A stretch of DNA of 64,000 nt, taken from Alphaproteobacteria bacterium. GTDB taxonomy: Bacteria > Pseudomonadota > Alphaproteobacteria > GCA-2731375. Below the pieces are notes generated by a model that saw only the letters and a program-made list of their open reading frames with translations, was not told the DNA's origin and ran no database searches. Each line of letters opens with the position of its first letter. Position 1 is the stretch's first letter. The stretch covers positions 2,816,001-2,880,000 of the forward strand of contig CBDDPY010000002.1 in assembly GCA_965232515.1 (NCBI GenBank). Reading direction: 5' to 3'. Position numbers and translations under genes: made by a program. This document shows, piece after piece, positions 21,633-31,859 of this stretch.

Positions 21633-21644
21633 GCACAACTTGAC

Positions 21645-23339
21645 TCAAGCGCTGAACCCGACCTTGCGGAAGTCGTGGTACTGCGTCGGATGCGTTGCGT
21701 AGCCGGCGACCTTCTTGCTGGTCGCTGAGAAAACGCCACGCCAGAGCGGCTGCACCATGATGGCGTCGGTCTGCAGAATGGTCTGAACCTTCTCCATCTT
21801 CTTTTTCCGCTCGGCCACGTCGAGTGTGGCGCTGGCGTCGTTAAGCGCCGCTTCGAACTCGGGATTGCTGTAGTGGCTCTCGTTCCAGGGCACGCCGGCG
21901 CGATAGGCGAGGTTGAGCACCATGACGCCCAATGGCCGGTGGGTCCAGGAGGTGAAGCCGAACGGCGTCTTGTCCCAGACTTCCCAGTAGGACGAGCCGG
22001 GCATGATGTTGAGCTCGAGATTGATGCCGGCGGGCGCCAGTTGCTCGCGCATGACCTGCATGGCGTCCGCGTGCCACTTGTCGGCCGAGCCGAGATCGAT
22101 CTTCAGGTTCAACCCGCCGCCGTGGCCGGCATCGGCCAGCAGCTTCTTCGCCTTGTCGTAATCCTGGCTCATCTTCGGCAGGGCGAAGTATTCCGGGTGG
22201 ATCGGCGCGACATGGTGATCCTCGCCGATGGCGCCGCGGCCGCGATAGGCGATGTCGAGCAGCTTCTGATGATCGATGCAGGCCTGCACCGCCTGACGCA
22301 CACGGACGTCATCGAACGGTTTCTGATCCATCTGCATCCGGGCGACGCCGGTCTGTGCGGTCACCGCTTCGTGCAGCACCAGATGCGGCACCTTCTCGAC
22401 GATGTCGATCTGCGTGATGTCGACCTCGTAGACCATATCGACCTGGCCCGAGATCAAGGCGTTCAGCAGCGCCGAATAGTCGTCGCCGTGATCGATATAG
22501 GTGATCTGGTCGAGATAGACGTCGCCGCCCCAGTAGCCGGGCCGCTTCTTGACCACGTACTTCTCACCGACGCGGTATTCGACCTGCTCGAACGGGCCGG
22601 TGCCGATCGGGTTCTTCGACAGGTCGCCGCCCATCTCGTCGAACTTCCGATGCACGATCGCGGTCGGATAGTTGTAGAGGTTCTCCGGCACCGCCAGCTC
22701 AGGCGACTTCAGGTTCAGCCGTACGGTGTGCGCGTCGACCTTCTCGACCGCGCCCGAGATCATGCGCTTCGACATGACGGCGTTGCCGTCCTTGTCCTTC
22801 TTGCCGGTGTCGATGTCCTCGACCATGCCGGAGAACAGACCGATGTTGGACGAGCCCGTCGCCGGATCGAGCCAGCGCTCGAAATTGTGCACGACGTCAT
22901 CGGCGCCGAAATCGTCGCCGTTGTTCCACTTCACGCCCTTGCGCAGATGCAGCGTCCAGGTCTTGAGATCGTCCGACGCTTCCCACTTCTCCGCCAGATA
23001 GGGGCGGGTCACGTTGTCGGTGCCGGTTACCGTCAGGTATTCGATGATCTGCCGCGCCTGGTTCGACTTCTGCGTCCAGTCGAACGTCGCCGGATCGGTC
23101 ATCTCCTGCACCCGCATCGAGCAGCGCATGTTACCGCCCATTTTCGGCGTCGCGGCCTGCGCCTTCGGGACGAAGCTTTCGCCGGTCACCTGGCCGACCA
23201 TGGCGTAGGCCGCCGTGGCCGACACGCCGAGCAAGGTCGCGGTGCGCAGGAATTCGCGCCGGTCCACCTCACCCTTCTTGAACTGCTCGTAAATCTCCGG
23301 GACGTAAGGGTGAACCTTCGCCTTCCCATTCCTGGCCAT
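21645..23339 (-). CDS. ABC transporter substrate-binding protein, family 5, Tat-exported
   Basis: DRREFLRTATLLG twin-arginine motif, PYLAEKWE..TWTLHLRKGVKW and PIGTGPF. Confidence 0.95.
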   Translation of the reverse strand: MARNGKAKVHPYVPEIYEQFKKGEVDRREFLRTATLLGVSATAAYAMVGQVTGESFVPKAQAATPKMGGNMRCSMRVQEMTDPATFDWTQKSNQARQIIEYLTVTGTDNVTRPYLAEKWEASDDLKTWTLHLRKGVKWNNGDDFGADDVVHNFERWLDPATGSSNIGLFSGMVEDIDTGKKDKDGNAVMSKRMISGAVEKVDAHTVRLNLKSPELAVPENLYNYPTAIVHRKFDEMGGDLSKNPIGTGPFEQVEYRVGEKYVVKKRPGYWGGDVYLDQITYIDHGDDYSALLNALISGQVDMVYEVDITQIDIVEKVPHLVLHEAVTAQTGVARMQMDQKPFDDVRVRQAVQACIDHQKLLDIAYRGRGAIGEDHHVAPIHPEYFALPKMSQDYDKAKKLLADAGHGGGLNLKIDLGSADKWHADAMQVMREQLAPAGINLELNIMPGSSYWEVWDKTPFGFTSWTHRPLGVMVLNLAYRAGVPWNESHYSNPEFEAALNDASATLDVAERKKKMEKVQTILQTDAIMVQPLWRGVFSATSKKVAGYATHPTQYHDFRKVGFSA

Positions 23340-23676
23340 CTATCTGCTCCCTGCTTTGAAGATTGTCGTGATCGCTGCGTTTCGGTCGCTAATTCTATCG
23401 AGACGTCCGCAAAAAGGCGTCAAATAGAACCATAGAAATTCTCAGCTCGCGCCCAATATCCATAAGACGACTTTTTATATTCGATTCGCGACAGCCGCGT
23501 TGTCGTCAATTATATTAGAATTGGACAAACCGAAACTTGGCCCTATCGCCTCCCGTTGATTAGGCCGATCTGCCGATATCATCTGATCTTGTGGCAACTC
23601 TGTCAAACCAATTCCGGGGAAAACACAGGACTTCCCGTGGAATCACTTGGGTTTGACATCGCGGTTGGCCCGCGCG

Positions 23677-25206
23677 TCAGGGCCGGAACAATCCTTCGCC
23701 AACGGACCCGCGGAACCCGCCCTGCCGGATCCATGCCGCGACGGCGCCGATCTCCGCGGCAAGCGACCGGTCCTCGGCCAGAAACGGGCTGATCCGCCGA
23801 AGTTGTCCATGCACGGCCGACAGATCGGGCGACGTTGCCAGGGGCCGGCGTAACTCAACCGCCTGGGCGGCGGCCAGCAACTCTATGGCGATAACACCGG
23901 CGGCGTTCTCGCACATGGTGTCGAGACGCCGGGCGGCATAGGTCGACATCGAGACATGGTCTTCCTGATTGGCCGATGTCGGCAGGCTGTCGACGCTGGC
24001 GGGATGCGCCAGGGCCTTGTTTTCGCTGACCAGCGCCGCGGCGCTGACCTGCGCCAGCATGAAGCCCGAATTCAGGCCGCTGTCCGGAATCAGAAAGGCC
24101 GGCAGGCCGGAGTTCATGTTCGGATCGACCAGCAGCGCGATGCGTCGCTCGGCCAGCGCGCCGATTTCGGCGATCGCCAGCGCCAGGTTGTCGGCCGCAA
24201 AGGCCACCGGTTGACCATGGAAATTGCCGCCGCTCAGCACCTCGCCGCGGTCCGCGAAGACCAACGGGTTGTCGGACACCGCGTTCGCCTCGGTGCCCAG
24301 GACGGTCGCCGCATGCGACATCTGGTCCAGACAGGCGCCCATCACCTGCGGCTGACAGCGTAGCGAATAGGGGTCCTGCACCCGGTCGCAATCGATATGG
24401 GAATCGCGGATCTGGCTGCCGTCCAGCAGACGGACATAAACGTCCGCCACATCGCGCTGTCCGGCATGGCCGCGCAGCGCGTGAATGCGCGGGTCGAACG
24501 GCGTCGTGCTGCCAAGCGCACCATCCACCGACATGGCGCCGGCGACAACCGCGGCGGCGAACACGTTTTCAACGGCGAATAGCCCGGCGAGCGCAAGCGC
24601 CGTCGAGACCTGGGTGCCGTTCAGCAACGCCAGCCCTTCCTTCGCTTCCAGCGCGAGCGGTTTCAGTCCGGCTTTCGTCAGGCCCTTGGCGGCGGGCACC
24701 ACCTTTCCGTTCAGCCGGACCTCGCCCTCGCCGATCAGCACGGCGCTGAGATGCGCGAGCGGCGCCAGGTCGCCCGACGCGCCGACCGAGCCCTTCTCGG
24801 GCACGACCGGATAAGCCCCGGCGTTGAACAGCGCCACTAAAGCCTCGACGACCTCGCGCCGGACGCCGGAATGACCGAGCGCGAGGCTGCCGGCCTTCAG
24901 CGCCAGAACCAGCCGAATGACATCGTCGGCGAGTGGCGCGCCAAGGCCGGTCGCATGGCTCAAGACCAAACGTCGCTGCAGCGTTTGCAGTTGCGCGTCG
25001 TCGATGCGCGTGCGCGCCAGCAAGCCGAAGCCGGTATTGACGCCATAGATGGTGTCGCCCTTGTCGACGACGTCGCGCACGGCCCGTGCCCCGGCATCGA
25101 TGGCGGCATGGCATGCCGGGTCCAGGGTCAGCTTGACGCCGCCGTTCGCGATGCAGCGCAGGTCGCTCAACGAGAGCGCGCCCGGAGAAAGCTGGCGTGT
25201 CGTCAT
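23677..25206 (-). CDS. hutH: Histidine ammonia-lyase
   Basis: [22 protein letters not shown] (ASG MIO), [19 protein letters not shown] and [10 protein letters not shown]. Confidence 0.97.
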   Translation of the reverse strand: MTTRQLSPGALSLSDLRCIANGGVKLTLDPACHAAIDAGARAVRDVVDKGDTIYGVNTGFGLLARTRIDDAQLQTLQRRLVLSHATGLGAPLADDVIRLVLALKAGSLALGHSGVRREVVEALVALFNAGAYPVVPEKGSVGASGDLAPLAHLSAVLIGEGEVRLNGKVVPAAKGLTKAGLKPLALEAKEGLALLNGTQVSTALALAGLFAVENVFAAAVVAGAMSVDGALGSTTPFDPRIHALRGHAGQRDVADVYVRLLDGSQIRDSHIDCDRVQDPYSLRCQPQVMGACLDQMSHAATVLGTEANAVSDNPLVFADRGEVLSGGNFHGQPVAFAADNLALAIAEIGALAERRIALLVDPNMNSGLPAFLIPDSGLNSGFMLAQVSAAALVSENKALAHPASVDSLPTSANQEDHVSMSTYAARRLDTMCENAAGVIAIELLAAAQAVELRRPLATSPDLSAVHGQLRRISPFLAEDRSLAAEIGAVAAWIRQGGFRGSVGEGLFRP

Positions 25207-25352
25207 GGTCGATCCAGATCGATTCGTCGCGCCCGATAGCATGGCATGCGCGCGCGCTCGAGAGGCGAACGATTTCGCGCCGTGATGAACCGATTAGCCG
25301 ATATGGTAGGCGCCGCACGACACTTGATAAGAGCCACGAAAGGTCGGAACGC

Positions 25353-26525
25353 GTGACGGACAATCTCGGCGCCTTCATCAGCCACGACAAAGTCGCCATC
25401 AAAGGCGCGGAGAGCGGCCCCTTGCGGGGCCTGACGTTTGCCGCCAAGGACCTCTACGACATCGCCGGACACGTGACGGGCGCGGGCAATCCGGAATGGC
25501 TGCGCACGCACGAAGCCGCGACCGAAACCGCGCCGGCCGTGCGGATGTTGCTGGACGCCGGCGCCGATCTGATCGGCAAGACCCATACCGACGAGCTGGC
25601 CTACAGCCTGAACGGCGAGAACGTGCACTACGGCACGCCGGTGAACAGCGCCGCGCCCGGCCGCATTCCCGGCGGCTCGTCCAGCGGGTCGGCGTCCGCC
25701 GTCGCCGGCAAGGCGGTCGATTTCGCGTTGGGCAGCGATACCGGCGGTTCGGTCCGCATTCCGGCGAGCTATTGCGGGCTGTTCGGCCTCAGACCGACGC
25801 ATGGCCGCATACCCATCGATTGCGCCGTGCCGCTGGCGCCGAGCTTCGACACGGTTGGCTGGTTCACGCGAGACGGCGAACTGTTCCAGCGCGTCGGCGA
25901 AGTGCTGCTGCCGGACTATGCGGCAAAGCCCCGACCGCCATCGATCCTGCTGGCGCGCGACGCCTTCGACATGCTGCCCGGCGAAATCGCCTCGGCGCTC
26001 GCGCCGGCCGTGGTGCGGCTGGCCGCCCTGATCGGCAACGGCGTCGAAGTCACGGTCAGCCCGGACGGCCTCGATTCCTGGATGCCGCACTTTCGCGTGC
26101 TGCAGGCCTTCGAGGTCTGGCAATGCCATGGCGATTGGGTCGGCGCGCACAATCCCGATTTCGGCTCCGGCGTGCGCGAGCGGTTCGAGATGGCAGCCGG
26201 GATCAGCGAGGCCGAAGCCGCCGCACACCGGCCCGCGCGCGCCGCGATCACCGAACGCATGAACGACCTGCTGGCGGATGGCGCGGTACTCTGCCTGCCG
26301 ACGGCGCCCGGCATCGCGCCGCTGAAGGACACGCCGGCCGACGAGCTCGACGACTTCCGCTATCGGATCCTCGGCCTGACCTGCATCGCTGGTCTCTCCG
26401 GCTGTCCGCAGATCAGCCTACCGTTGGCCAGTTATCAGAACTGCCCACTCGGCCTGTCGCTGATCGCACGCCGCGGCGACGACGAGGTGCTGCTCGATAT
26501 CGCGGCCGAGATCGGTGTGGTTTAG
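25353..26525 (+). CDS. Amidase signature family protein
   Basis: AAKDL, PGGSSSGSASAV and LGSDTGGSVRIPASYCG. GTG start at 25353. Confidence 0.93.
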   Translation: MTDNLGAFISHDKVAIKGAESGPLRGLTFAAKDLYDIAGHVTGAGNPEWLRTHEAATETAPAVRMLLDAGADLIGKTHTDELAYSLNGENVHYGTPVNSAAPGRIPGGSSSGSASAVAGKAVDFALGSDTGGSVRIPASYCGLFGLRPTHGRIPIDCAVPLAPSFDTVGWFTRDGELFQRVGEVLLPDYAAKPRPPSILLARDAFDMLPGEIASALAPAVVRLAALIGNGVEVTVSPDGLDSWMPHFRVLQAFEVWQCHGDWVGAHNPDFGSGVRERFEMAAGISEAEAAAHRPARAAITERMNDLLADGAVLCLPTAPGIAPLKDTPADELDDFRYRILGLTCIAGLSGCPQISLPLASYQNCPLGLSLIARRGDDEVLLDIAAEIGVV

Positions 26526-27418
26526 GCCTTGCGCGGATTGACCAGGGCGACGCCGCCCAGCAGCAGCACCAGGCTGAGCCAGATCCAGGCGCTGTGCGTC
26601 TCGCCGAACAACAGCATGCCCCAAAGCACGCCGGCGACGGTGACGACGTAGGCGACCTGGCTAAAGAACACCGGCCCGGCACGATTCAGGATCACGAAAA
26701 ACAGGAATTGCGCGAAGGTCGCGATCAGGATCAGCAGCAGGATCGCCAGATGCGTCACGTCCCAGGGCGGCAGGACGCTGTAGGTGTTGCCCGTCAGCAG
26801 CGCCGCGGTGCCGAGCAGCAGACCACCGCCCAGCAACATGCCGGCGGCCAAGGCCAGACTGTCGGCATCGACTGGCCGGAAGCGCGTGCCCACAATGTTG
26901 TTTACGGCGTAGCAGACCGGCGCGATCAGCGCGACCAAAGCCCACAACAGACCGTCTTCGCCCGGCAGGTTGGCCTCAGGCCCGATGATCAGCCAGACGC
27001 CGGCGAGGCCCAGCGTCAGCCCGACCAACCGACTGAGCGTGATCTGCTCCATCGACAGCGTCAGCGCCAGGCCATAGGTCATCATCGGGACGGTCGTGAC
27101 CAGCATCGACAGGATGCCGGCCGGCAGGTGTGGCGCCGCCGTATAGAATGCCGCCGACGGCAGGGCGATGCCGGTGGCGCCGGTCAGCAGATAGAATGCC
27201 GCGTAGCGTACCGACAGCGGCGGCGGCCGGCCGCGCAGCAAGCCGACCGCCATCAGCACGGCGCCGCCGCCGAAGCCTTGCCACATGGCGACGCCCAGTG
27301 GATGACCGCCGGCGCTGACCGCGATCTTGGCCAGGCTGAAGCTGCCGCCCCACATGGTGCCCAACAGCAACAGCGCGCCGTAGACCCATAACGGCGGACG
27401 CGCGGAACTCGCGTTCAT
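26522..27418 (-). CDS. DMT/EamA family transporter
   Basis: About 10 hydrophobic segments, WGGSFSLAK and LFGE. Confidence 0.9.
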   Translation of the reverse strand: MNASSARPPLWVYGALLLLGTMWGGSFSLAKIAVSAGGHPLGVAMWQGFGGGAVLMAVGLLRGRPPPLSVRYAAFYLLTGATGIALPSAAFYTAAPHLPAGILSMLVTTVPMMTYGLALTLSMEQITLSRLVGLTLGLAGVWLIIGPEANLPGEDGLLWALVALIAPVCYAVNNIVGTRFRPVDADSLALAAGMLLGGGLLLGTAALLTGNTYSVLPPWDVTHLAILLLILIATFAQFLFFVILNRAGPVFFSQVAYVVTVAGVLWGMLLFGETHSAWIWLSLVLLLGGVALVNPRKA

Positions 27419-28062
27419 GGACCGCGCAGAAACGGCAACAATTTCAAGGCGTCAGACACCGACTCCGCCGGCAAGACCGGAAACGCGTCATCTGCTTCGG
27501 CCAGAACGGCTTCGCGATGCGCGGCGCCATAGCCCGTCATCACATGCATGCCGCCGGCAAGCCCCGCCTTCTTTCCGGCCTCGATATCGCGGGCATGGTC
27601 GCCGATAATCCAGGATCGACCGAGCTCTATCCGCAGCATTGCGGCAGCCGTGTTCAACATGCCCGGATTGGGCTTGCGCGCCGGATGATCGGGATGCGCG
27701 TAGGGCGGCTCGGCGTCGGGATGGAACGGGCAGGCCATGATGGCGTCAATGCGCGCACCGCCGGCATCGAGCTCGGACAGAATGCGCGCCTGTACGTCCG
27801 CGAAGTCTGGCCAACCAAACAGGGCCCGGCCGATACCCGACTGGTTGGTGACGATGACGACATGCAGGTCGCGCGCGTTCGCCGCGGCAACCACCTCGAT
27901 GATCCCCGGAATAAGCCGCACGTCCCCGGGCCGGCGCAGGTGATGCACCTCCTCGACGATCACGCCGTCGCGGTCCAGGAACAAGGCCGGCGCCGACCGG
28001 GGCTCGGCGCGGCGCTCGGCCCAGACCAGATCGTCGCCGACCTGCGGCGGCAGCTTGCTCAC
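27415..28062 (-). CDS. gmhB: HAD-IIIA phosphatase, D,D-heptose 1,7-bisphosphate phosphatase-like
   Basis: LFLDRDGVI, VTNQSGIGR, RKPNPGML and IGDH..DI. Confidence 0.8.
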   Translation of the reverse strand: MSKLPPQVGDDLVWAERRAEPRSAPALFLDRDGVIVEEVHHLRRPGDVRLIPGIIEVVAAANARDLHVVIVTNQSGIGRALFGWPDFADVQARILSELDAGGARIDAIMACPFHPDAEPPYAHPDHPARKPNPGMLNTAAAMLRIELGRSWIIGDHARDIEAGKKAGLAGGMHVMTGYGAAHREAVLAEADDAFPVLPAESVSDALKLLPFLRGP

Positions 28063-28081
28063 AGGTCAGCCCGGCGCGCCT

Positions 28082-28843
28082 TCAGTTACCGCGGGCGGCG
28101 GCGATTTCGGCCTTGGCGCCCAGCGCCATCAGGCGGACGTCGTTCAGGATGGTGCAGAACTGGAAGCCCTTGTCGACCATGCGCTTGACCATGTCGCCCG
28201 AGCCGCAATGGATGCCGGCGGCGATGCCGGCCTCTCTGGCCGCCGTCTTGATGGTCTCGATGGCGTCGACCACGGTCGGCTCGCTCGGGTCCGGGCTGGG
28301 CGGAAAACCCAGGCTGATCGACAGGTCGCTCGGGCCGACGTAAATGCCGTCCAATCCCGGCGTCGACACGATCTCGGCGACGTTGTCGAGCGCTTCGCGG
28401 GTCTCGATCATCGCCATCGTGATGATGGTGTCATTGGCGTGCTGGGCATAGTCGGCGCCGCCATAAAGGATGCCGCGCGCCGGCCCGAAGCTGCGATAGC
28501 CCTGTGGCGCGTAACGGCAAGCGCCGACAAACTTCTCGGCCTCGGCCCGGTTGTTCACCATCGGGCAGACGATGCCATAGGCGCCGGCGTCCAGCAGCTT
28601 CATGATCGGCGCCGGGTCGTTCCAGGCGACGCGCGCCAGCGGCGGCTTGTCGGTCGTGGCGATGGCCTGGAACATCGGGATCGCGGCCTGGAAATCGACC
28701 ATGCCGTGCTGACAGTCCACGGTGACGCTGTCAAAGTCCTCGTGCGCCAACACCTCGGCGCTATAGGAATCCGCGGCGCCGCACCAGGCGTTGACGACGG
28801 CGCCGCCCTCGGCCCAGATCTTTTTGACTTTGTTCTCACGCAT
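28082..28843 (-). CDS. HpcH/HpaI class II aldolase
   Basis: VDCQHG, KLLDAGAYGIVCPMV, AMIET and YVGPSDLS. Confidence 0.92.
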   Translation of the reverse strand: MRENKVKKIWAEGGAVVNAWCGAADSYSAEVLAHEDFDSVTVDCQHGMVDFQAAIPMFQAIATTDKPPLARVAWNDPAPIMKLLDAGAYGIVCPMVNNRAEAEKFVGACRYAPQGYRSFGPARGILYGGADYAQHANDTIITMAMIETREALDNVAEIVSTPGLDGIYVGPSDLSISLGFPPSPDPSEPTVVDAIETIKTAAREAGIAAGIHCGSGDMVKRMVDKGFQFCTILNDVRLMALGAKAEIAAARGN

Positions 28844-28860
28844 GATTCGTTCCTTCCCGT

Positions 28861-29916
28861 TTAGGCGCGCGGCCGAGGTGGCCGGACGCCGAGCTTGTCG
28901 GCCCAGGGCTGCAGCGCCCCCATGATCGTCGGATAGAGTACGACACCATTCTCCAATGCCGCGCGCTTTCGCGCCAGTGCGCCGTCGCCCGGCATGCGCA
29001 CGGGCGGCTTGCCGTCCGGCACCGCCGCGGCGCGGCAGACATCAGCCAGATGACCGGTTTCGCGCCGAAACGCCTCGGCGCCGCCGAACGCGGCGGGGTC
29101 GATGATCTGCAGGAACACCGAGGCCCCCCACTGCGTCGGTCCCTCGGCGCGGCCGTAGCCGCACAGCCCCGAGGTCAACGCTTCGATCATCAGCGCCAGG
29201 CCGAAACCCTTGTGGCCGCGGTCGGGGCCGCCCAACGGCTGGAAGGCACCGGGCGGATCGGCACTCAACACCGCCGGGTCGTCACTGGGCCGGCCCTGAT
29301 TATCGATCAGCCATGGACCGGGCAGGCGCTCGCCCGCCGCGTCGAAACGGCCGGCCAGGCCCATGGTCGTGGCGGACGCGCTGATGTCGATCAGCACCGG
29401 ATCGCCGGATGTGGGAAAGCCAAAGGCAAGCGGGTCGGGCGTGAAGGTCGGCTGATAACTGCCATAGGGCGCCACGGCTTTCACCGACGGGTCCGAGCAG
29501 GTCAGCAGCACGGCGTATCCGCGTTCCGTGGCCAATGGTAGGAACGCCGCGAGACAGGCGATGTGGTGGCTGCGACGGATCGACACCGAGACCGTGCCGT
29601 GCTCGGCGACACGGCCCATGGCGGTCTCGATGGCGTGCGCGACCAGCCAGACACCGGACATATACCGGCCGTCCCAGGTCAGGACTCCACCGCGATCGGC
29701 GACCACGTCAGGCTCGCCGTCGGCCGCCATTTTGCCGGCCTCGAGGTCGCCGAGATAACCCGGCGCCTGGGCCAGGCCGTGGGTGTCGTGCCCCATCAGG
29801 TCGGCCTCGACCAGCAGCTCGCCGACCACCTTGGCGCGCGCCGCCGGCATGCCGAGGCCGGCGAACAGGTCGGCGCAATACGTCATCAGCGCCGACGCGT
29901 CGTACCGTTCGGCCAT
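28861..29916 (-). CDS. Ldh_2 (malate/L-lactate/ureidoglycolate dehydrogenase-like) oxidoreductase
   Basis: ADLMGHDTHG, RRSHHI and GHKGFGLALMIEAL. Confidence 0.9.
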   Translation of the reverse strand: MAERYDASALMTYCADLFAGLGMPAARAKVVGELLVEADLMGHDTHGLAQAPGYLGDLEAGKMAADGEPDVVADRGGVLTWDGRYMSGVWLVAHAIETAMGRVAEHGTVSVSIRRSHHIACLAAFLPLATERGYAVLLTCSDPSVKAVAPYGSYQPTFTPDPLAFGFPTSGDPVLIDISASATTMGLAGRFDAAGERLPGPWLIDNQGRPSDDPAVLSADPPGAFQPLGGPDRGHKGFGLALMIEALTSGLCGYGRAEGPTQWGASVFLQIIDPAAFGGAEAFRRETGHLADVCRAAAVPDGKPPVRMPGDGALARKRAALENGVVLYPTIMGALQPWADKLGVRPPRPRA

Positions 29917-29918
29917 GC

Positions 29919-30776
29919 TCAGGCGACCTCGGCCCGCCCGTTGTTCAGCACCACCACGTCGCGCTCGACGACGCTGCTGCGGAACGAGATCACGCCGTCG
30001 TCGCGCCAGACTTCGGTGCGGATGGTCTCGCCCGGATAGACCGGGGCCGAGAACCGGAGCGCCATGGACTTGAAGCGCGCCGGGTCGTAACCGCAGGCCG
30101 TCTTCAACAGCGCGTGCCCGGCGACGCCAAGCGTGCAGAGGCCGTGCAGGATCGGCCGTTCGAAGCCGGCCGCGACCGCGACCTTGGGATCGGCGTGCAG
30201 CGGATTGAAGTCACCCGACAGCCGGTAGATCAGCGCCGCCTGCGGCAGTGTGGGCAGGTCACAGACCTCGTCCGCATCGCGCTCAGGCAGCGCGTGCGGT
30301 TTCGGCGACGGTCCTTCCGGCCCGCCGAAGCCGCCGTCCCCGCGGGCGAACGTGGTCGAGGTCAGTGTCGCCAGCAGGTCGCCGCTCGCCTTGTCGACGA
30401 CGTCACGTTCGGACAGGATCAACGCGCCCCGGCCCTCGCCCTTGTCGATGATCTCGGTGACCCGCGTCCTGCCGACAACCGTGCCTTCGGCCGGCAGCGG
30501 CTTGTGCACGATGATGCCCTGCTCGCCGTGCAGCACCTTGACCCAGTCGACGCCGGTCTCCGGATCCTTCAGCCAGAAGCCGGGATAGCCCAGCACCACG
30601 CTCATGGTCGGCAGCGCCGCCATGCCGTCCTCGTAGACGAAGCGGAGCTGACGCTCGTCCATGGGATCGGCGCCGAGGCCGAGGCCAAGCGCGTAGAGGA
30701 TCGAGTCCTTGGTCGTGTAGGTCTGCTCGATCTCGCCGAAGTCCCAGTTCTTCAGCTTGTCGTAATCGATCGCCAT
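29919..30776 (-). CDS. MaoC-like (R)-specific enoyl-CoA hydratase
   Basis: ILYALGLG, LHGEQ and YRLSGDFNPLHADP..ILHGLCT hydratase-2 motif. Confidence 0.93.
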   Translation of the reverse strand: MAIDYDKLKNWDFGEIEQTYTTKDSILYALGLGLGADPMDERQLRFVYEDGMAALPTMSVVLGYPGFWLKDPETGVDWVKVLHGEQGIIVHKPLPAEGTVVGRTRVTEIIDKGEGRGALILSERDVVDKASGDLLATLTSTTFARGDGGFGGPEGPSPKPHALPERDADEVCDLPTLPQAALIYRLSGDFNPLHADPKVAVAAGFERPILHGLCTLGVAGHALLKTACGYDPARFKSMALRFSAPVYPGETIRTEVWRDDGVISFRSSVVERDVVVLNNGRAEVA

Positions 30777-30792
30777 CTCGTCCCGCCCCGGC

Positions 30793-31713
30793 TCAGACCG
30801 GATCCCAGCTGAACACGTCGGCCGAGCGGTCCAGCGGATAGAAATGCGCCTTCATGGCCGGCATGGCGTGCTCGGCAATGGCTTCGGGCGTCCAGCCCTC
30901 GCTGCGCTGCACCGAGCGGATCGGCCGGTTCTGGCTGAACAGGAAGATCTCGTTGTGGCGGCAGCCGAAAATCTGGCCCGTTACTTCCGAGGCGGCGTCG
31001 CTGCAGAGATAGACCGCCAGCGGCGCGATCTTGGCCGGCACCATGTTCTTGATCTTCTCGACACGCTCGCGCTGCGCCTCGTCCGCGATCGGGATCGTGC
31101 CGATCAGCCGGCTCCAGGCGAACGGCGAAATGCAGTTCGAACGCACGTTGAAGCGCGCCATGTCGAGCGCCACCGACTTCGACAGGCCGACGATGCCGAG
31201 CTTGGCCGCAGCGTAGTTCGCCTGACCGAAGTTGCCGACCAAGCCCGAGGTCGAGGTCATGTGCACCATGGCGCCGGACTGCTGCTCGCGGAATTGCGTC
31301 GCCGCCGCGCGGGCGACGTTGAAGCTGCCCTTCAGGTGCACCGAGATCACCGAGTCCCAGTCGTCCTCGGTCATCTTGTGAAAGATGACGTCGCGCAGGA
31401 TGCCGGCATTGTTGACGACGCAGTCGATGCGGCCATAGGTGTCGACGGCCTGTTGCACCATGTTCTGGGCGGCCTGGAAGTCGGTGACGCTGTCGTAGTT
31501 GGCGACCGCCTCGCCGCCGGCCTCCTTGATGTCGCCGACCACCTCCATGGCGGGCGTGCGGTCCGAGCCCTCGCCCTTCTCGGTGCCGCCGATATCGTTC
31601 ACCACCACCTTGGCGCCCTGGGCGGCCAGCAGCAGCGAGATGTCCCGGCCGATGCCGCGTCCGGCACCGGTCACGATGACCACCTTGTCCTTAACCATCT
31701 GTCCGTTCGTCAT
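30793..31713 (-). CDS. SDR family 3-hydroxyacyl-CoA dehydrogenase-like oxidoreductase
   Basis: TGAGRGIG, NNAGILRD and GNFGQANYAAAK. Confidence 0.93.
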   Translation of the reverse strand: MTNGQMVKDKVVIVTGAGRGIGRDISLLLAAQGAKVVVNDIGGTEKGEGSDRTPAMEVVGDIKEAGGEAVANYDSVTDFQAAQNMVQQAVDTYGRIDCVVNNAGILRDVIFHKMTEDDWDSVISVHLKGSFNVARAAATQFREQQSGAMVHMTSTSGLVGNFGQANYAAAKLGIVGLSKSVALDMARFNVRSNCISPFAWSRLIGTIPIADEAQRERVEKIKNMVPAKIAPLAVYLCSDAASEVTGQIFGCRHNEIFLFSQNRPIRSVQRSEGWTPEAIAEHAMPAMKAHFYPLDRSADVFSWDPV

Positions 31714-31859
31714 GGCGTTTACACCCTTACCCTGTTGTCGTTCCGGTCGTATCTGCCCTCTTTTTAGGCCGCGACAACCGGCGGGGCCAGCGCTTAACAC
31801 CATCGTTTTCGAAAATTACGGCCGTTCGTTAGAATGCGGACCGCACGGAGGAGACATTT

